Origin: an uncultured Candidatus Binatia bacterium
GTDB lineage: Bacteria; Desulfobacterota; Binatia; UBA9968; CAXXLF01
Direction of reading: 5' to 3'
DNA length: 64,000 nt
Assembly (NCBI GenBank): GCA_965218425.1
Contig: OZ244621.1
Location: 224,001 to 288,000, forward strand
Shown: positions 50,473-61,019 of the stretch, in pieces
Numbering within the stretch: the first letter of the stretch is position 1
Layout of the letters: each line of letters starts with the position of its first letter
Translations under genes and position numbers: made by a program
Notes under the pieces: generated by a model
Told to the model about the DNA's origin: nothing
The model's input: the letters and a program-made list of their open reading frames with translations, nothing else
The model's database searches: none

Positions 50473-51252
50473 CTAGCTTTCTTTTTCCGCTCTGTCCAGG
50501 CTGGCTTGCAGGATCGTACCGTAAAGATCCACGGAGGTCATGCTGCAATACTCTAAACTATATCCGGGCCTTACCACCGCCGATCCATCCTCCAGGAGCC
50601 GTTGGAGAACTATACGTCTGAAGCTCCCATGTCCCATGATGCCTTCCTCATGTTCTCTCAGGTCCGCTTCTTCGTGGGTGGAAAAATAAACCGCTTGCTC
50701 CGGTGTCAGGCTATAATGAGCAGTCAGCGCATTGAAAAACTCACCTGACCAGTACCCGATCTGTTCTTCCGTAGTACCCGCAGCATAGGTTTCCGCCACC
50801 GTCCCTTCCCAGACAACGGACCTACGGTAATCGAGAAGGGCTCGGAATTCCGCAAGCATGGGTGAAATAAATATTTCGTCATCGTTTATACCCAGGGCTT
50901 TGGCCGTTTTCAGCACCACATGAATATGACCGGGCGGTTTAGGATGGATGAGTTCGTCCGCGAGTTTCTGGGCCATGGCTGCCATCAGGTCACGGTGTTT
51001 TCTAAAAAAGGCGATGTGCTTGTGATAGGAGGCCGCCTCGAGGGAGTTGATCTCGATGGTGAAGGAACCCCAATTCGTGAAAAACAGTCGAAGCGCCTTT
51101 GGTGACAATTTGCCGGTCCTCAACTGCTCCATAAAGGGTGCGTCGGTGATCCTCTCCTTCCATCTCGCCGCCACCTTCTCATAGAGTTGGTCCACGAAGG
51201 CCTTTGCTTCCTCCTGACTCATCTTCAGTCGCTCGCCACTCAGTGTTGCCAT
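50473..51252 (-). CDS. Heme-oxygenase-like iron-containing redox enzyme (TenA/PqqC/CADD fold)
   Basis: PFMEQLRTGKL, DE...GH, EEQ and YFSTHEEAD..H ligand pattern. Confidence 0.75.
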   Translation of the reverse strand: MATLSGERLKMSQEEAKAFVDQLYEKVAARWKERITDAPFMEQLRTGKLSPKALRLFFTNWGSFTIEINSLEAASYHKHIAFFRKHRDLMAAMAQKLADELIHPKPPGHIHVVLKTAKALGINDDEIFISPMLAEFRALLDYRRSVVWEGTVAETYAAGTTEEQIGYWSGEFFNALTAHYSLTPEQAVYFSTHEEADLREHEEGIMGHGSFRRIVLQRLLEDGSAVVRPGYSLEYCSMTSVDLYGTILQASLDRAEKES

Positions 51253-51672
51253 ATCTCTCCTCCTGAATTCGTCTCGTTCTTCGACCGTGCCCTTGAGCCA
51301 TTTACCCGGGCTCAGAGATGGTGAGTCCCAGCTCACCTGGAATCGGACCTCAGCTAGATTATCTCAACCACGCTTAGCGCTAATCGCCAAAAGGCGTCAA
51401 GGGGGGAAATCAGCAAAGCGCATGGCGCTGAGCGCAAAGCGCGGAGGAAGAAAGACAGGTGGCAGTGAGCAGCAAAAAAGGGACCACTGACTACAGGACC
51501 ACGAGCAGACAGAGACAGAGATACGGACAGAGCAAGAAGAGAGAAAGACAGCGCGCGGATGGCAGGGGGCGGGAAAAGAGGGGCCAGTAACTAGAGGTCT
51601 ATAGATAACCCGGAGAAGAAGGTAGGATAGAAAGTTGTAGGCTATCGGCGATGAAATAGAAACGGAGCACTG

Positions 51673-52656
51673 CTACTTCCCGGGGTCCTTCCACGTGTCG
51701 TAATTGAGAGCCTTCACGTCGGGAGTGTAATTTCCGCCAGCGAAAACTCCCCGGCGCACTGGTCCTTTGAAGCCGTTTTCGCAGTAAAACTCCCAGAGGT
51801 TGCCCGATGGACTACGAAAGTACATGGCCGCATCCGTTCCGTTTCGGGTCCAGATATCGTGGGTCGGGACACCGTAGCTCTCGAGGCGCTCTTTCAGGGG
51901 TATGAGGTCGTCGGGTCTAACAAGTAGAGTGTAATGGGGGTATTCCGCATCTGGCGCCGTCCAGCCGCCCTTGGCGTTTGACTGACCGATCTGCTCGCCG
52001 CCCACCACAACCGTGACATGATCGGGTAGCTCAAACAGCACGGAGCCGCCAACGGCCGAAACCCAGAAACGTTTTCCCTCCTGCATGTCGCGCACGGGGA
52101 GGGTCATGTGATTGAAGCCTCCAGGTCGTACTTTGGGTAGCTTGGATTTGTCAGCGGGCGGCTGGAGCGAACGGTAATTTAACGCGCCAAAGTCCACGAC
52201 ATAATCGCCGCCGGCACGGGCTCCCAACCTGAGGGGCACCGCGTTGAAGCCCTCCGCACAGTACAATTCGAACTGATTACCCGACGGGTCACGGAAATAC
52301 ATGAGGGCAGCGGGCCGCTCTTTTCGGCCCCAGGGGTCATGGGTGGGAACGCCAAAAGCATCCAACCGCTGCTTGATGCCCATGAAGTCCTGTGGCTGAA
52401 CCGTAAGGCCGTAGTGGGGGTATTCGGCATCGTGAGGGGTGGCTCCCCCTGACTGTGGACCCAGGACAATTGGCAAGGTGCCGATGCGCACGCAAACGGA
52501 ATCGGGCCTGTCATCCACCAGGTCCCCACCCAAAACCTCCACGAAAAACTGCTTCGACAGGGGGAGGTCTCTTGCCGGAACACTGAGGGGACCAAATCCG
52601 TACGGAGTCACCGCCCGCGCGTGTTTTTCCTGCAGATCTTCTTCCTGTGTACTCAT
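51673..52656 (-). CDS. Tandem VOC/glyoxalase-domain protein
   Basis: Two internal repeats, each with EYPHY and MYFR.PSGN..E.YC. Confidence 0.88.
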   Translation of the reverse strand: MSTQEEDLQEKHARAVTPYGFGPLSVPARDLPLSKQFFVEVLGGDLVDDRPDSVCVRIGTLPIVLGPQSGGATPHDAEYPHYGLTVQPQDFMGIKQRLDAFGVPTHDPWGRKERPAALMYFRDPSGNQFELYCAEGFNAVPLRLGARAGGDYVVDFGALNYRSLQPPADKSKLPKVRPGGFNHMTLPVRDMQEGKRFWVSAVGGSVLFELPDHVTVVVGGEQIGQSNAKGGWTAPDAEYPHYTLLVRPDDLIPLKERLESYGVPTHDIWTRNGTDAAMYFRSPSGNLWEFYCENGFKGPVRRGVFAGGNYTPDVKALNYDTWKDPGK

Positions 52657-52926
52657 GGGTCACCCCTTTTCTTACATGCCGTCACTTTTTGACCAAGATT
52701 CTATTGATCCCGGCTGAGTTTGTCAAAGAGAAACGCACTGAGGACTGATTAGAAAAGGATGACAATCGAGAATAGAGGATCGAAGATCGAAAAAGGGCTG
52801 AAAGATAGATCCGGACGCCATGCGCTTTGCGCTCTGCTCTTTGCCGTCCATCGACTGCGATAATCGGCGCAAATCTGCAGCTAAGTTTTTTCTTGAGAAA
52901 TTTAACCGTAGTTCGTAGTATGGAGT

Positions 52927-54025
52927 TTAATTGCTTGGGACCGCTAGGATCTTGGGGATGGCCATATCGTAAAGTCGCGCCACGTTTTCCCGAACCAGCT
53001 TCGCCCTTGTCTCGGGCGGAAGGTGCCCCAGATCCCGCGCCACCACTTCCCGCGAGTGAGGCCACGTGGAATTGACGTGGGGGTAGTCGTTGGACCACAT
53101 GCAGTTGTCCACACCCCACCAGGCCAGGTTGTGGGCGCCCACGGCGTCATTAAAAAAAGTGGCGCAAACCTGACGGTTGAAGTATTCACTGGGCTTCTTG
53201 TCTATGGTCAAAGGCGCGGTTGGACGGTGGCGACCAAAGTAGTAATCCCATTGTTCCAGCACATAGGGCAACCATCCAATCTCATTTTCCACAAGGACGA
53301 TTTTGAGGCGAGAATAGCGATCCAGAACTCCGGAAAAGATTAGGTCGAAAAGGGCGTTGCTGATCTCTGCCAGTTTCAAATTCACGCTCGCCCGGTAGCG
53401 CTCGATACCCTTGCGCTGCTCCCTATGCTTCGAGTAGCCATGTCCGGTGAGGATGTGGAGGCTCACCGGACATGTTCAAATCCTGGGCTGCTGCCCAGAA
53501 TCTCTCGTAATGGTCCGAGGTGAAGGGAAGTTCCTTGGGCGGGGCCTGCCAGATCAGCGCACCACGCAACCCGGCCTTGGCGCACCGTTGCAGTTCCTTG
53601 ACGGCGTGCTCGGTGTTGTACGTGGAAATCACGGGGACACCCACCAAACGGTCCAAGGAAACCTGACAGTACTCGATCAGCCAATCGTTGTAGGCCCGGC
53701 AGCATGCCTCCTGGAGGGCGGCTTCATCCATGCCAAACAGGCCTAACGCGTGGGTGGGGTAGAGGACTTCGGCGCTGACGCCGTCGCTCGCCATCTCTTT
53801 GATGCGGTGATGGGGGTCGGATCCTCCGGGATGAGTCTGAAATCCTTCTCCCACCTTCAGTTCCGGAAAACGGGGAGCCTTGTCGCGGAAGGCCGACGCC
53901 ACTCTCGTCACAATGGTGTCCGAGGGTTCCATCACGTGGGAGTCCGAAGAGAATAGAAGGTTCTCTGTGCTGCCCGCTGTACCGGTCCGATAGGTTCGCT
54001 CGTAAAGTCCAGTGTCGATAGACAT
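52927..54025 (-). pseudogene. Amidohydrolase_2 protein, frameshift at about 53470
   Basis: SSDSH, AYNDWL and WSNDYPH motifs. An extra T in ATG-T-CCG splits the gene. Confidence 0.85.
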
Positions 54026-54229
54026 AACACCTTGCCCCCATGGGATAAAAATATGCCGATCGAGGGGTAGTTTATCACGGCTTTGCGGGGAGTCAATTGG
54101 AGCGGCTACCAGTTTAGATTTTTGACAATGACTGAAATACCGCAACGGTACCGCGTGCGGTTTAGCATTGATCCTTGATGCGCCATGGGGTAGAAAGCCT
54201 TTCCCACGCAGCACGGAAAGGAGACGCTG

Positions 54230-54388
54230 ATGTTTTTCGAACTTCGCCAATACAAGATCAAACGTGTGGATCCGCAGCTTCGAGAGTGAAGAACAGCAGA
54301 AATGGTACCTTTCATTAACGAGTGGAACGACCGCTCGGCCATGGTTGTCACCCGCCTGGAGGCGACTCCCAAGTCGGTGGTTCAGTAG
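54230..54388 (+). pseudogene. NIPSNAP-family remnant with internal deletions
   Basis: RBS AAGGAG, then MFFELRQYKIK / VWIRSFESEE / DRSAMVVTRLEATPKSVVQ* in shifting frames. Confidence 0.65.
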
Positions 54389-54518
54389 GAGAAATTTCCG
54401 TGGTGGTGATGGGCAGGAGCAGAGCGCATGGCGCAAAGCGTCAAGAAATCAAGTGCGCGTTTGTTTGGTTGGGGGTGGTGATTGACAGCAGACCGAATCT
54501 TTTTCTAGGATTAGGTCC

Positions 54519-54942
54519 ATGATTAATCTAGCCGAGAACGTCGCAAAAGTCGTAGACAATGCCTTGGCCAACGGATGTCCGTGCATACTCGCCTCCGCCT
54601 CTGCGGCTGGAGAACCCGATATCGAGTTCAAGGGGAGCATGATGGTCTTCGATAGCGAGTCCCTGGCCTATTGGGAGCGTACCAAGCGCGTGCATCTAAA
54701 GAATGTCTCTGAAAATCCGCATGTGGTGGTGATGATCAGAGATCAGAACGCGAAAGTCGCTTTGCGCTTTCACGGTGAGGCCACAGTTCACGAGAGCGGT
54801 GCGGTACCAGGTGATGGCGAGGGTGATCAAGCCGGAGCTGGATAAGGATCCGGAGAAAACGGGTCTGGCCGGGGTCATCCGCCTGTACCGGGTCACGACT
54901 CTGAGCGGCCAGGTCCTCCAGAGCCGCGAGCCTGTAACCTAA
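54519..54942 (+). pseudogene. Pyridoxamine-phosphate-oxidase-like protein, frameshifted
   Basis: GEPDI..KGSMMVFD...LAYWER...N..ENP. The tail QVMARVIKPELDKDPE is in another frame. Confidence 0.75.
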
Positions 54943-55134
54943 CCCAACGGCAGTCGCCTCCCTATCCAGGCCGGGGTTAACCGATGTTTCAAATGGGGGC
55001 AAACCGGTGCGGCTTCGCATCGGTTCAACAAAACGACTTGATAGCCTCCCCATTGCGCGCTATAAAAGCCATACTGATCTAACTTGGCTCCACGGGGTCA
55101 GCAAAATTCCCATTTTTTTCTGGAGGGACCAGGG

Positions 55135-56220
55135 ATGTCAAATCAATTCGCAACCAGAATCATCGATGGCGACGGCCATATTCAGGAGGACAACAAGGGC
55201 ATCATTGCCCACATGTCTTCCCCCTATCGAAAAATTGCAGAACGGAGAAACACCGTCTTCCCACCCCTGGATCACCTCCACGCCGGGCGTGCGGTGGAGA
55301 CACCTCCCGTCAGGGACGGAAGACCGGGAGTGGGTCCCAAAGGCTGGCTGGACTTTCTGGACGACGTGGGCATCGATTGGACCGTGCTCTACCCCACTCA
55401 AGCCCTTGCCTACGGTAAGATCGTGAGCCTCGACTACGCGGTGGAGGCCTCTCGCGCTTACAACGATTGGCTCCATGACACCTATTTGAAGTTCAATCCC
55501 CGCTTCAAGGGAATGGCCCTCATTCCGATGCAAGATCCCGAGGAGGCCGTTAAGGAACTACGCCGCGCGGTGACCGAATTGGGAATGCTGGGGGGTATGA
55601 TGCCCTCCAATGGACTACCCTCTCCCCTTGGCGCCAAGGTGTATTGGCCAATTTATGCGGAGGCCGATCGGCTCGGTTGCTGCCTGGCGGTCCACGGCGG
55701 GGCCCACGATCGCTTCGGTATGGATCAAATGAACATGTATGTGCCGGTGCACGCCCTGGGACACCCCTGGGGACTCACCATCAACTGCGCCAACATCATC
55801 TATAACGGCATCTTCGACCGCTTTCCCCGGGTGCGCATCGCCTTTCTCGAGGGGGGTGTCGCCTGGCTGCTGTTGTGCCTGGAAAGGCTTCATGCGTCCC
55901 ATGAAACTCACTTCCAACATATTCCTGAGGGCGAATTCGGTATAAGGGAAGACGAGAAGCCGAGCCAGTACATCATTAACAAAATCAAAGAGGGCCGCTT
56001 ATACATTGGCTGTGAGACGGAAGAGTTGACCATGCCCTTTGCCATCAAGGTGGTGGGCAACGAGCCCTTCATTTACTCCTCCGACTTTCCCCACGAAGTC
56101 ACCAACGAGAGTTGTAAACATGACATCGGCGAGCTGTTGGAAAGTGGGGACCTCACCCGGGATGACAAGGAAGCCGTGCTCTCGCGTAACGCCGAGCGGT
56201 TCTACAGCCTGCCGCTGTAA
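55135..56220 (+). CDS. Amidohydrolase_2 family protein
   Basis: IDGDGH, AYNDWL, FLEGG and SSDFPHE motifs. Confidence 0.92.
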   Translation: MSNQFATRIIDGDGHIQEDNKGIIAHMSSPYRKIAERRNTVFPPLDHLHAGRAVETPPVRDGRPGVGPKGWLDFLDDVGIDWTVLYPTQALAYGKIVSLDYAVEASRAYNDWLHDTYLKFNPRFKGMALIPMQDPEEAVKELRRAVTELGMLGGMMPSNGLPSPLGAKVYWPIYAEADRLGCCLAVHGGAHDRFGMDQMNMYVPVHALGHPWGLTINCANIIYNGIFDRFPRVRIAFLEGGVAWLLLCLERLHASHETHFQHIPEGEFGIREDEKPSQYIINKIKEGRLYIGCETEELTMPFAIKVVGNEPFIYSSDFPHEVTNESCKHDIGELLESGDLTRDDKEAVLSRNAERFYSLPL

Positions 56221-56245
56221 TATTATTTACTAAGGAGGAGAGGTC

Positions 56246-57328
56246 ATGAACAACTGTCGCGCTGCCGTCATCACTGCCCATAACCAACCGCTGGAAATCC
56301 AGCGGGTCCCCATTCCCGAGCTGGAGCCTGGCGCCCTGCTGGTGCGGATAGCGGCCTCGACGCTATGCGGCACCGACGTCCACCGATGGCATGGCCCCCT
56401 GTCCCCCAGTGACTCGCTACCTATTATTACCGGTCACGAACCCTGTGGATTCATCGAAGATATCAATGGGGAACGCACCGACATCCTGGGCAACCCCATT
56501 AAGAAGGGCGACCGGATCGTATGGAGCTATGTCAGCTGCGGCCACTGTTACTACTGCACCGTGGCGCTTCAGCCCTGCATCTGCCGCGGCCGGGCATCCT
56601 GGGGGCATAACCGGAGCGACCAGCCTCCATACCTGTTGGGGAGTTGCGCCGAGTACATGTACGTCCCGCCCCCTTGCCAGATCATTCGTGTTCCTGACGA
56701 AGTCTCATCCGCCTCGGCGGCAGCCGCTGCTTGCGCGTACCGAACCGTGATGCATGGGTTCGACAAACTTGGCGCGCTCAAGAGTCATGAAACGGTGGTG
56801 ATTCAAGGTAGCGGCCCCCTGGGCAACTTTGCCACGGCAGTGGCGCGCGACCACGGGGCCAAACAGGTTCTGGTCATCGGCGCGCCGGCCGCCCGCCTGG
56901 AAGTCACCAAACGCATGGGGGCCGACTCCGTGCTGAATCTGGAAGAGGTCACCAATCCGGAAGATCGCCGTAAATGGGTACGTGACCGCACTGCGGGTCG
57001 TGGAGCCGACGTGGTGATCCAGGTGGCCAACAACATGGCGGTTCCCGAAGGTCTCACCATGCTGCGCGATGGCGGCAGGTACGTATGCATCGGCGCAGGG
57101 GGAAAGGCCGAGGTGGCCGTGAACCGTCTTCCTGGAGAGATGACATTCCACACCATTCGTTCCGGGGAGCCTCGCCACTGGCTGCAGGCCATCGACTTCC
57201 TGGCGTCACGTAAGAACACATTTCCCTTCGAGGAGATGATCACCGCAACCTACAAACTGGACCAGGTGAACGAGGCGCTACAGGCCATGGCAAGCTACCA
57301 GGTGGTGAAGGCGGTCATTAACATGTGA
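56246..57328 (+). CDS. Zn-binding dehydrogenase
   Basis: CGTD.H, GHE, CGHCYYC...C and GSGPLG motifs. Confidence 0.93.
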   Translation: MNNCRAAVITAHNQPLEIQRVPIPELEPGALLVRIAASTLCGTDVHRWHGPLSPSDSLPIITGHEPCGFIEDINGERTDILGNPIKKGDRIVWSYVSCGHCYYCTVALQPCICRGRASWGHNRSDQPPYLLGSCAEYMYVPPPCQIIRVPDEVSSASAAAAACAYRTVMHGFDKLGALKSHETVVIQGSGPLGNFATAVARDHGAKQVLVIGAPAARLEVTKRMGADSVLNLEEVTNPEDRRKWVRDRTAGRGADVVIQVANNMAVPEGLTMLRDGGRYVCIGAGGKAEVAVNRLPGEMTFHTIRSGEPRHWLQAIDFLASRKNTFPFEEMITATYKLDQVNEALQAMASYQVVKAVINM

Positions 57329-57442
57329 TAAAGCAACATGGTCGTGATTCGTGATCGCGCTCGGGTTCGCGAATTTCATTGAGATGTTCCTTCTCCGTTA
57401 GATTCACGATCACGATTTCCCTCACGGCTTGGCTTTCTAACC

Positions 57443-57855
57443 CTAGCCACGCTTCTGCGGGCCCGCTTTTTCAATATTGATTCGCATGGCGATCCGCCCT
57501 TCGGCCAAGGTCTTTTTCGAACGTCATCCCAATTTTTCGGCTCCCCTCTAATCTGGCGGCGCCAATCGAGAATGATATTCGTAGCCTGGGGCCGGGGAAT
57601 AATTTCCGCCTTACCGTCCACCCGGATGTACTTGGAACCGTGAAACTCCTCGCCAAAGACCAGGAGTGAAATCCGCGGGTTGCGCTTGATGTTTTTGACC
57701 TTGCAGGCGGTCTCCCGGCCGGTGATGATGAGATCCCCGTTAGCACCGATGGCTGGAGAGACCAGGGTCATCTGAATGGAGCCGTCTTTTTTCCGTGCCA
57801 CCAGCACGCCACGTTGCTTACCTCTTAAAAACTCTTTTGCTTCCGCAAGATCCAT
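57443..57855 (-). pseudogene. PPOX-class F420-dependent-like oxidoreductase, C-terminal frameshift in an A run
   Basis: KKDGSIQMT and KVKNIKRNPRISL motifs. The tail AEGRIAMRI is in another frame. Confidence 0.75.
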
Positions 57856-58279
57856 ATAACCTCCCGAAAGATTTCTATCCGTGATCGTGTTGGTGATTCA
57901 TGTTCAAAAGCCCAAAGATGGGATGGAGCCGGTGATCCCATGTTTCCTCGACAGGTGAAAATGCTGCGGAAAGGAACGAATCCCTGCGAAACTTTTGTTA
58001 CGCGGTTACGTTGTATGTTCATAAAGACGCCATCGCTAGGCGGAAAGATGGTTTAACGTTTGAGTTCGGAGCCCAAGTTTAATCCCGTTAAAAATTGTCA
58101 TCCGGAGAGGTAATTACACGGGAATTATGGCCCAAAACCCGCTTCCCGGCCAATGGCGGAACCGTTAATTTCCTTGCCCGGGACTGAGCACCCTTTAACT
58201 CGGGAGGTTTTTCTACTAACTTTAATGAGATCGAGGGATGATTAGGGAATTTTCGATGGGTTACAGGAGATAAGGTTGA

Positions 58280-60721
58280 ATGCGCAAGTGGATGATAGCC
58301 GGAACCATTTTGATTTTCCTGTTTGTGATGGTTGTCCTGGCTCTTTTGAGTGCCAACTCATTGATCAACCGGAACCGGGATTACCTGGTCAAGAGAGCTG
58401 AGCAGGCATTAGGCCGGAAAGTTTCCGTTGGGAAAGTGGGTATATCTCTATGGAACGGAATCGGTGTACGGCTCAACGACTTTTCCCTTTCTGACGACGC
58501 TTCCTTTTCCTCCGGTCATTTCATTCGCGCCCAGGATCTTCAGGTAAATCTAAAGATCATCCCGTTGTTGTCCAAGGAAGTAGAGATCAAAAGATTGATT
58601 CTTAACAAGCCTATCATTGGAGTCCGCCGAAGCAAAAATGGCACCTTCAATTTCGCGAGCCTTGGAGGAACAGGCAAGGAAAAAGCGCCGGCGGGCAAAA
58701 CAAGAGAGCCCCCCAAGGAAAAGGTTACCGCTCTACCCCTCCTGGTTAGTCTGGTTGATATCTCAGACGGAGACGTTCACTACGTGGACCGTAAGGAGGG
58801 AATCGACCTGCGGATAAAAAAGATCGACTTCAGAGTGAAAGACCTGAATTTTGACAAACCGTTCTCCGTCTATCTGGCTGCAGCCTTGTTTTCGGAAAAA
58901 CAGAATTTCGAGGTTCAGACCCTGTTGGGCCCAGTTGGTCCACAAACCGAAATGGATCAAATCCCAGTGGAGGGCAGCATCAATGTGGACCCTATCGATT
59001 TCGGCAGACTCACCTCCGCCGCCCCTATTATCAAGGCCCTGTTGCCCAAAGACTTGAAATTGACCGGACCATTGAGGATCAAAGAAACGCGGTTGAAAGG
59101 GACACTGAAAAAACTGGCGCTGGCCGGGACCGTGGAGGGCACCGATACTTCCATCCAATTTGGCAAAAACTTCAGGAAGGATTCTGGGATAATGCTTATT
59201 GTCTCTTTTGCCGGCGAAATGACCAACAACAATCTCTCCTTTCAGCAAGCCAAGGTCACGCTACAAGGGTTAGAGCTCGTGGGTAAGGGTAAGGTGAAGC
59301 TGGGGATCGAACCCTTCCTCAATCTGTCCGTGGACTCCAACCAGTTTTCCCTCAAGGGTTGGGAAAAGATCATCCCCCCTATCCGAAGCTATCAACTTTC
59401 AGGTAACGCAAAGGTCCAAACGAAAGTGAACGGACGGTGGACGAAAGGTACCACCCCGCGAATCAATGGCACCATGACACTGTCGGGAGTCAACGCCAAT
59501 CCACCCCAATCGCCCCAACCCCTCAAGGACTTGAGCGCCAATGTAAACTTCACTGGAAACGGGGCGAACTTTAAAGAAACCACGTTGACCCTGGGGAGAT
59601 CCCGGATTCGCCTGGAAGCGGAGATCAAACGATTTTCTCCCCTGAGGGTTTCCTACAAGTTTTTTACGCCTGAAATTTGGCCGACCGATTTTCAAGTCAA
59701 TGGTCCTGCCGAAAGAAAGGCCGATGTGATTAAGAATCTTAGCAGCACTGGACAGTTGAATGTCAAAAACGGCAATCTCAATTACCAGGGGAAACTCACT
59801 TCCGGCCAGGGGACTTTCTACAACATTGCTTACAAGAAACTCGGAGCGGGCCTGGTATTGGAAAACAAAGTTGCCACCATCCGGGATTTTCGAGTCAACG
59901 CCCTCAAGGGCTCTCTAGAGGCTCAGGGAACCTATTCCTATAGAAACCCGGTACCGAGTTTCTCTCTTGCCAGTAAGATTCGGGGTCTGGACCTCAAAGA
60001 ACTGTACCGTGCCTTGGATCCCAAGGCACCGCAGGTTATTCAGGGAAACCTGAATGCCAACCTGAAGGTTGCCGGCAGCGGCAAAGCCTGGAAAGAAATC
60101 GAGCCGCGGCTGAGGGGTGAAGGGAACGCAGAGGTCATAGACGGCGCCCTGCTGAATTTCAACCTTGCGGAAGGGATCATTTTAGAAATTACCGGTATCC
60201 CTGGTCTTACTTCGCTCATCACGCCGCAGGTGCCGGAACAGTATCCCGAGATCTTTCAGTCGAAAGATACCAAGTTCAAGGAACTTAAAGCACTCTTCAG
60301 CCTGGGCGACAGCCGGATGAACGTGAAGGACCTCACAATTACTGCTGCAGACTTTACAATATTGGGCAAGGGGCGGGTCTTATTCAACCGCAAGACCGAT
60401 TTTCGTTCTCTTATACTATTTTCCCAGCAACTGTCCGCCGATCTAGCAAGAGCGGCTCGGGAAATGAAGTATATTTACAACCAGCAGAACCGGTTAGAGA
60501 TACCCTTCGTTCTCAACGGGACTCTCCCCAATGTAAGGCCGAAACCAGACTCCAATTTCTTAGCTAAACTGGTGCAACGGGGAGCGGCTGGAAAGGGAGC
60601 AGAAGAGATTTCAAAACAGATCTTCGGCTCGAAGGAACCTTCATCACCGCAGGAGTCCAAAGAAAGGGATGCAGTGCAAGACCTCATCCGTAAAGGTTTA
60701 CAGGGCATCTTCGGCCGCTGA
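58280..60721 (+). CDS. AsmA family protein
   Basis: N-terminal membrane anchor, ALGRKV, PLL..EVEI..L.L..P, beta-rich body and C-terminal IPF.LNGTL..P. Confidence 0.85.
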   Translation: MRKWMIAGTILIFLFVMVVLALLSANSLINRNRDYLVKRAEQALGRKVSVGKVGISLWNGIGVRLNDFSLSDDASFSSGHFIRAQDLQVNLKIIPLLSKEVEIKRLILNKPIIGVRRSKNGTFNFASLGGTGKEKAPAGKTREPPKEKVTALPLLVSLVDISDGDVHYVDRKEGIDLRIKKIDFRVKDLNFDKPFSVYLAAALFSEKQNFEVQTLLGPVGPQTEMDQIPVEGSINVDPIDFGRLTSAAPIIKALLPKDLKLTGPLRIKETRLKGTLKKLALAGTVEGTDTSIQFGKNFRKDSGIMLIVSFAGEMTNNNLSFQQAKVTLQGLELVGKGKVKLGIEPFLNLSVDSNQFSLKGWEKIIPPIRSYQLSGNAKVQTKVNGRWTKGTTPRINGTMTLSGVNANPPQSPQPLKDLSANVNFTGNGANFKETTLTLGRSRIRLEAEIKRFSPLRVSYKFFTPEIWPTDFQVNGPAERKADVIKNLSSTGQLNVKNGNLNYQGKLTSGQGTFYNIAYKKLGAGLVLENKVATIRDFRVNALKGSLEAQGTYSYRNPVPSFSLASKIRGLDLKELYRALDPKAPQVIQGNLNANLKVAGSGKAWKEIEPRLRGEGNAEVIDGALLNFNLAEGIILEITGIPGLTSLITPQVPEQYPEIFQSKDTKFKELKALFSLGDSRMNVKDLTITAADFTILGKGRVLFNRKTDFRSLILFSQQLSADLARAAREMKYIYNQQNRLEIPFVLNGTLPNVRPKPDSNFLAKLVQRGAAGKGAEEISKQIFGSKEPSSPQESKERDAVQDLIRKGLQGIFGR

Positions 60722-61019
60722 ATCAGCTTACGCTCAGCTCTGTTTCCCTCAACTCTTGCTGACAACTTCTAGATAAAAGCTGACGCCGGCACACGGATTA
60801 TTGTTCAGTTGTCAGTGTTAAGGATCGATTAAAATTCTTTTCCCTGTCTTCGCTCAACACGCACCACTTAACACTGTCGCTCCTGCCTCCGACCCCCTAC
60901 TCCCAACACCCCACCCCGTAGTCTTATCGCTCTGCGGGCTGCACTTTGCTCTAGGCGCTAACCCTACAATCCTAGACCTGACCCCATTAGGGTTCTTTTA
61001 CCTTTTTACTTCGTACTTT

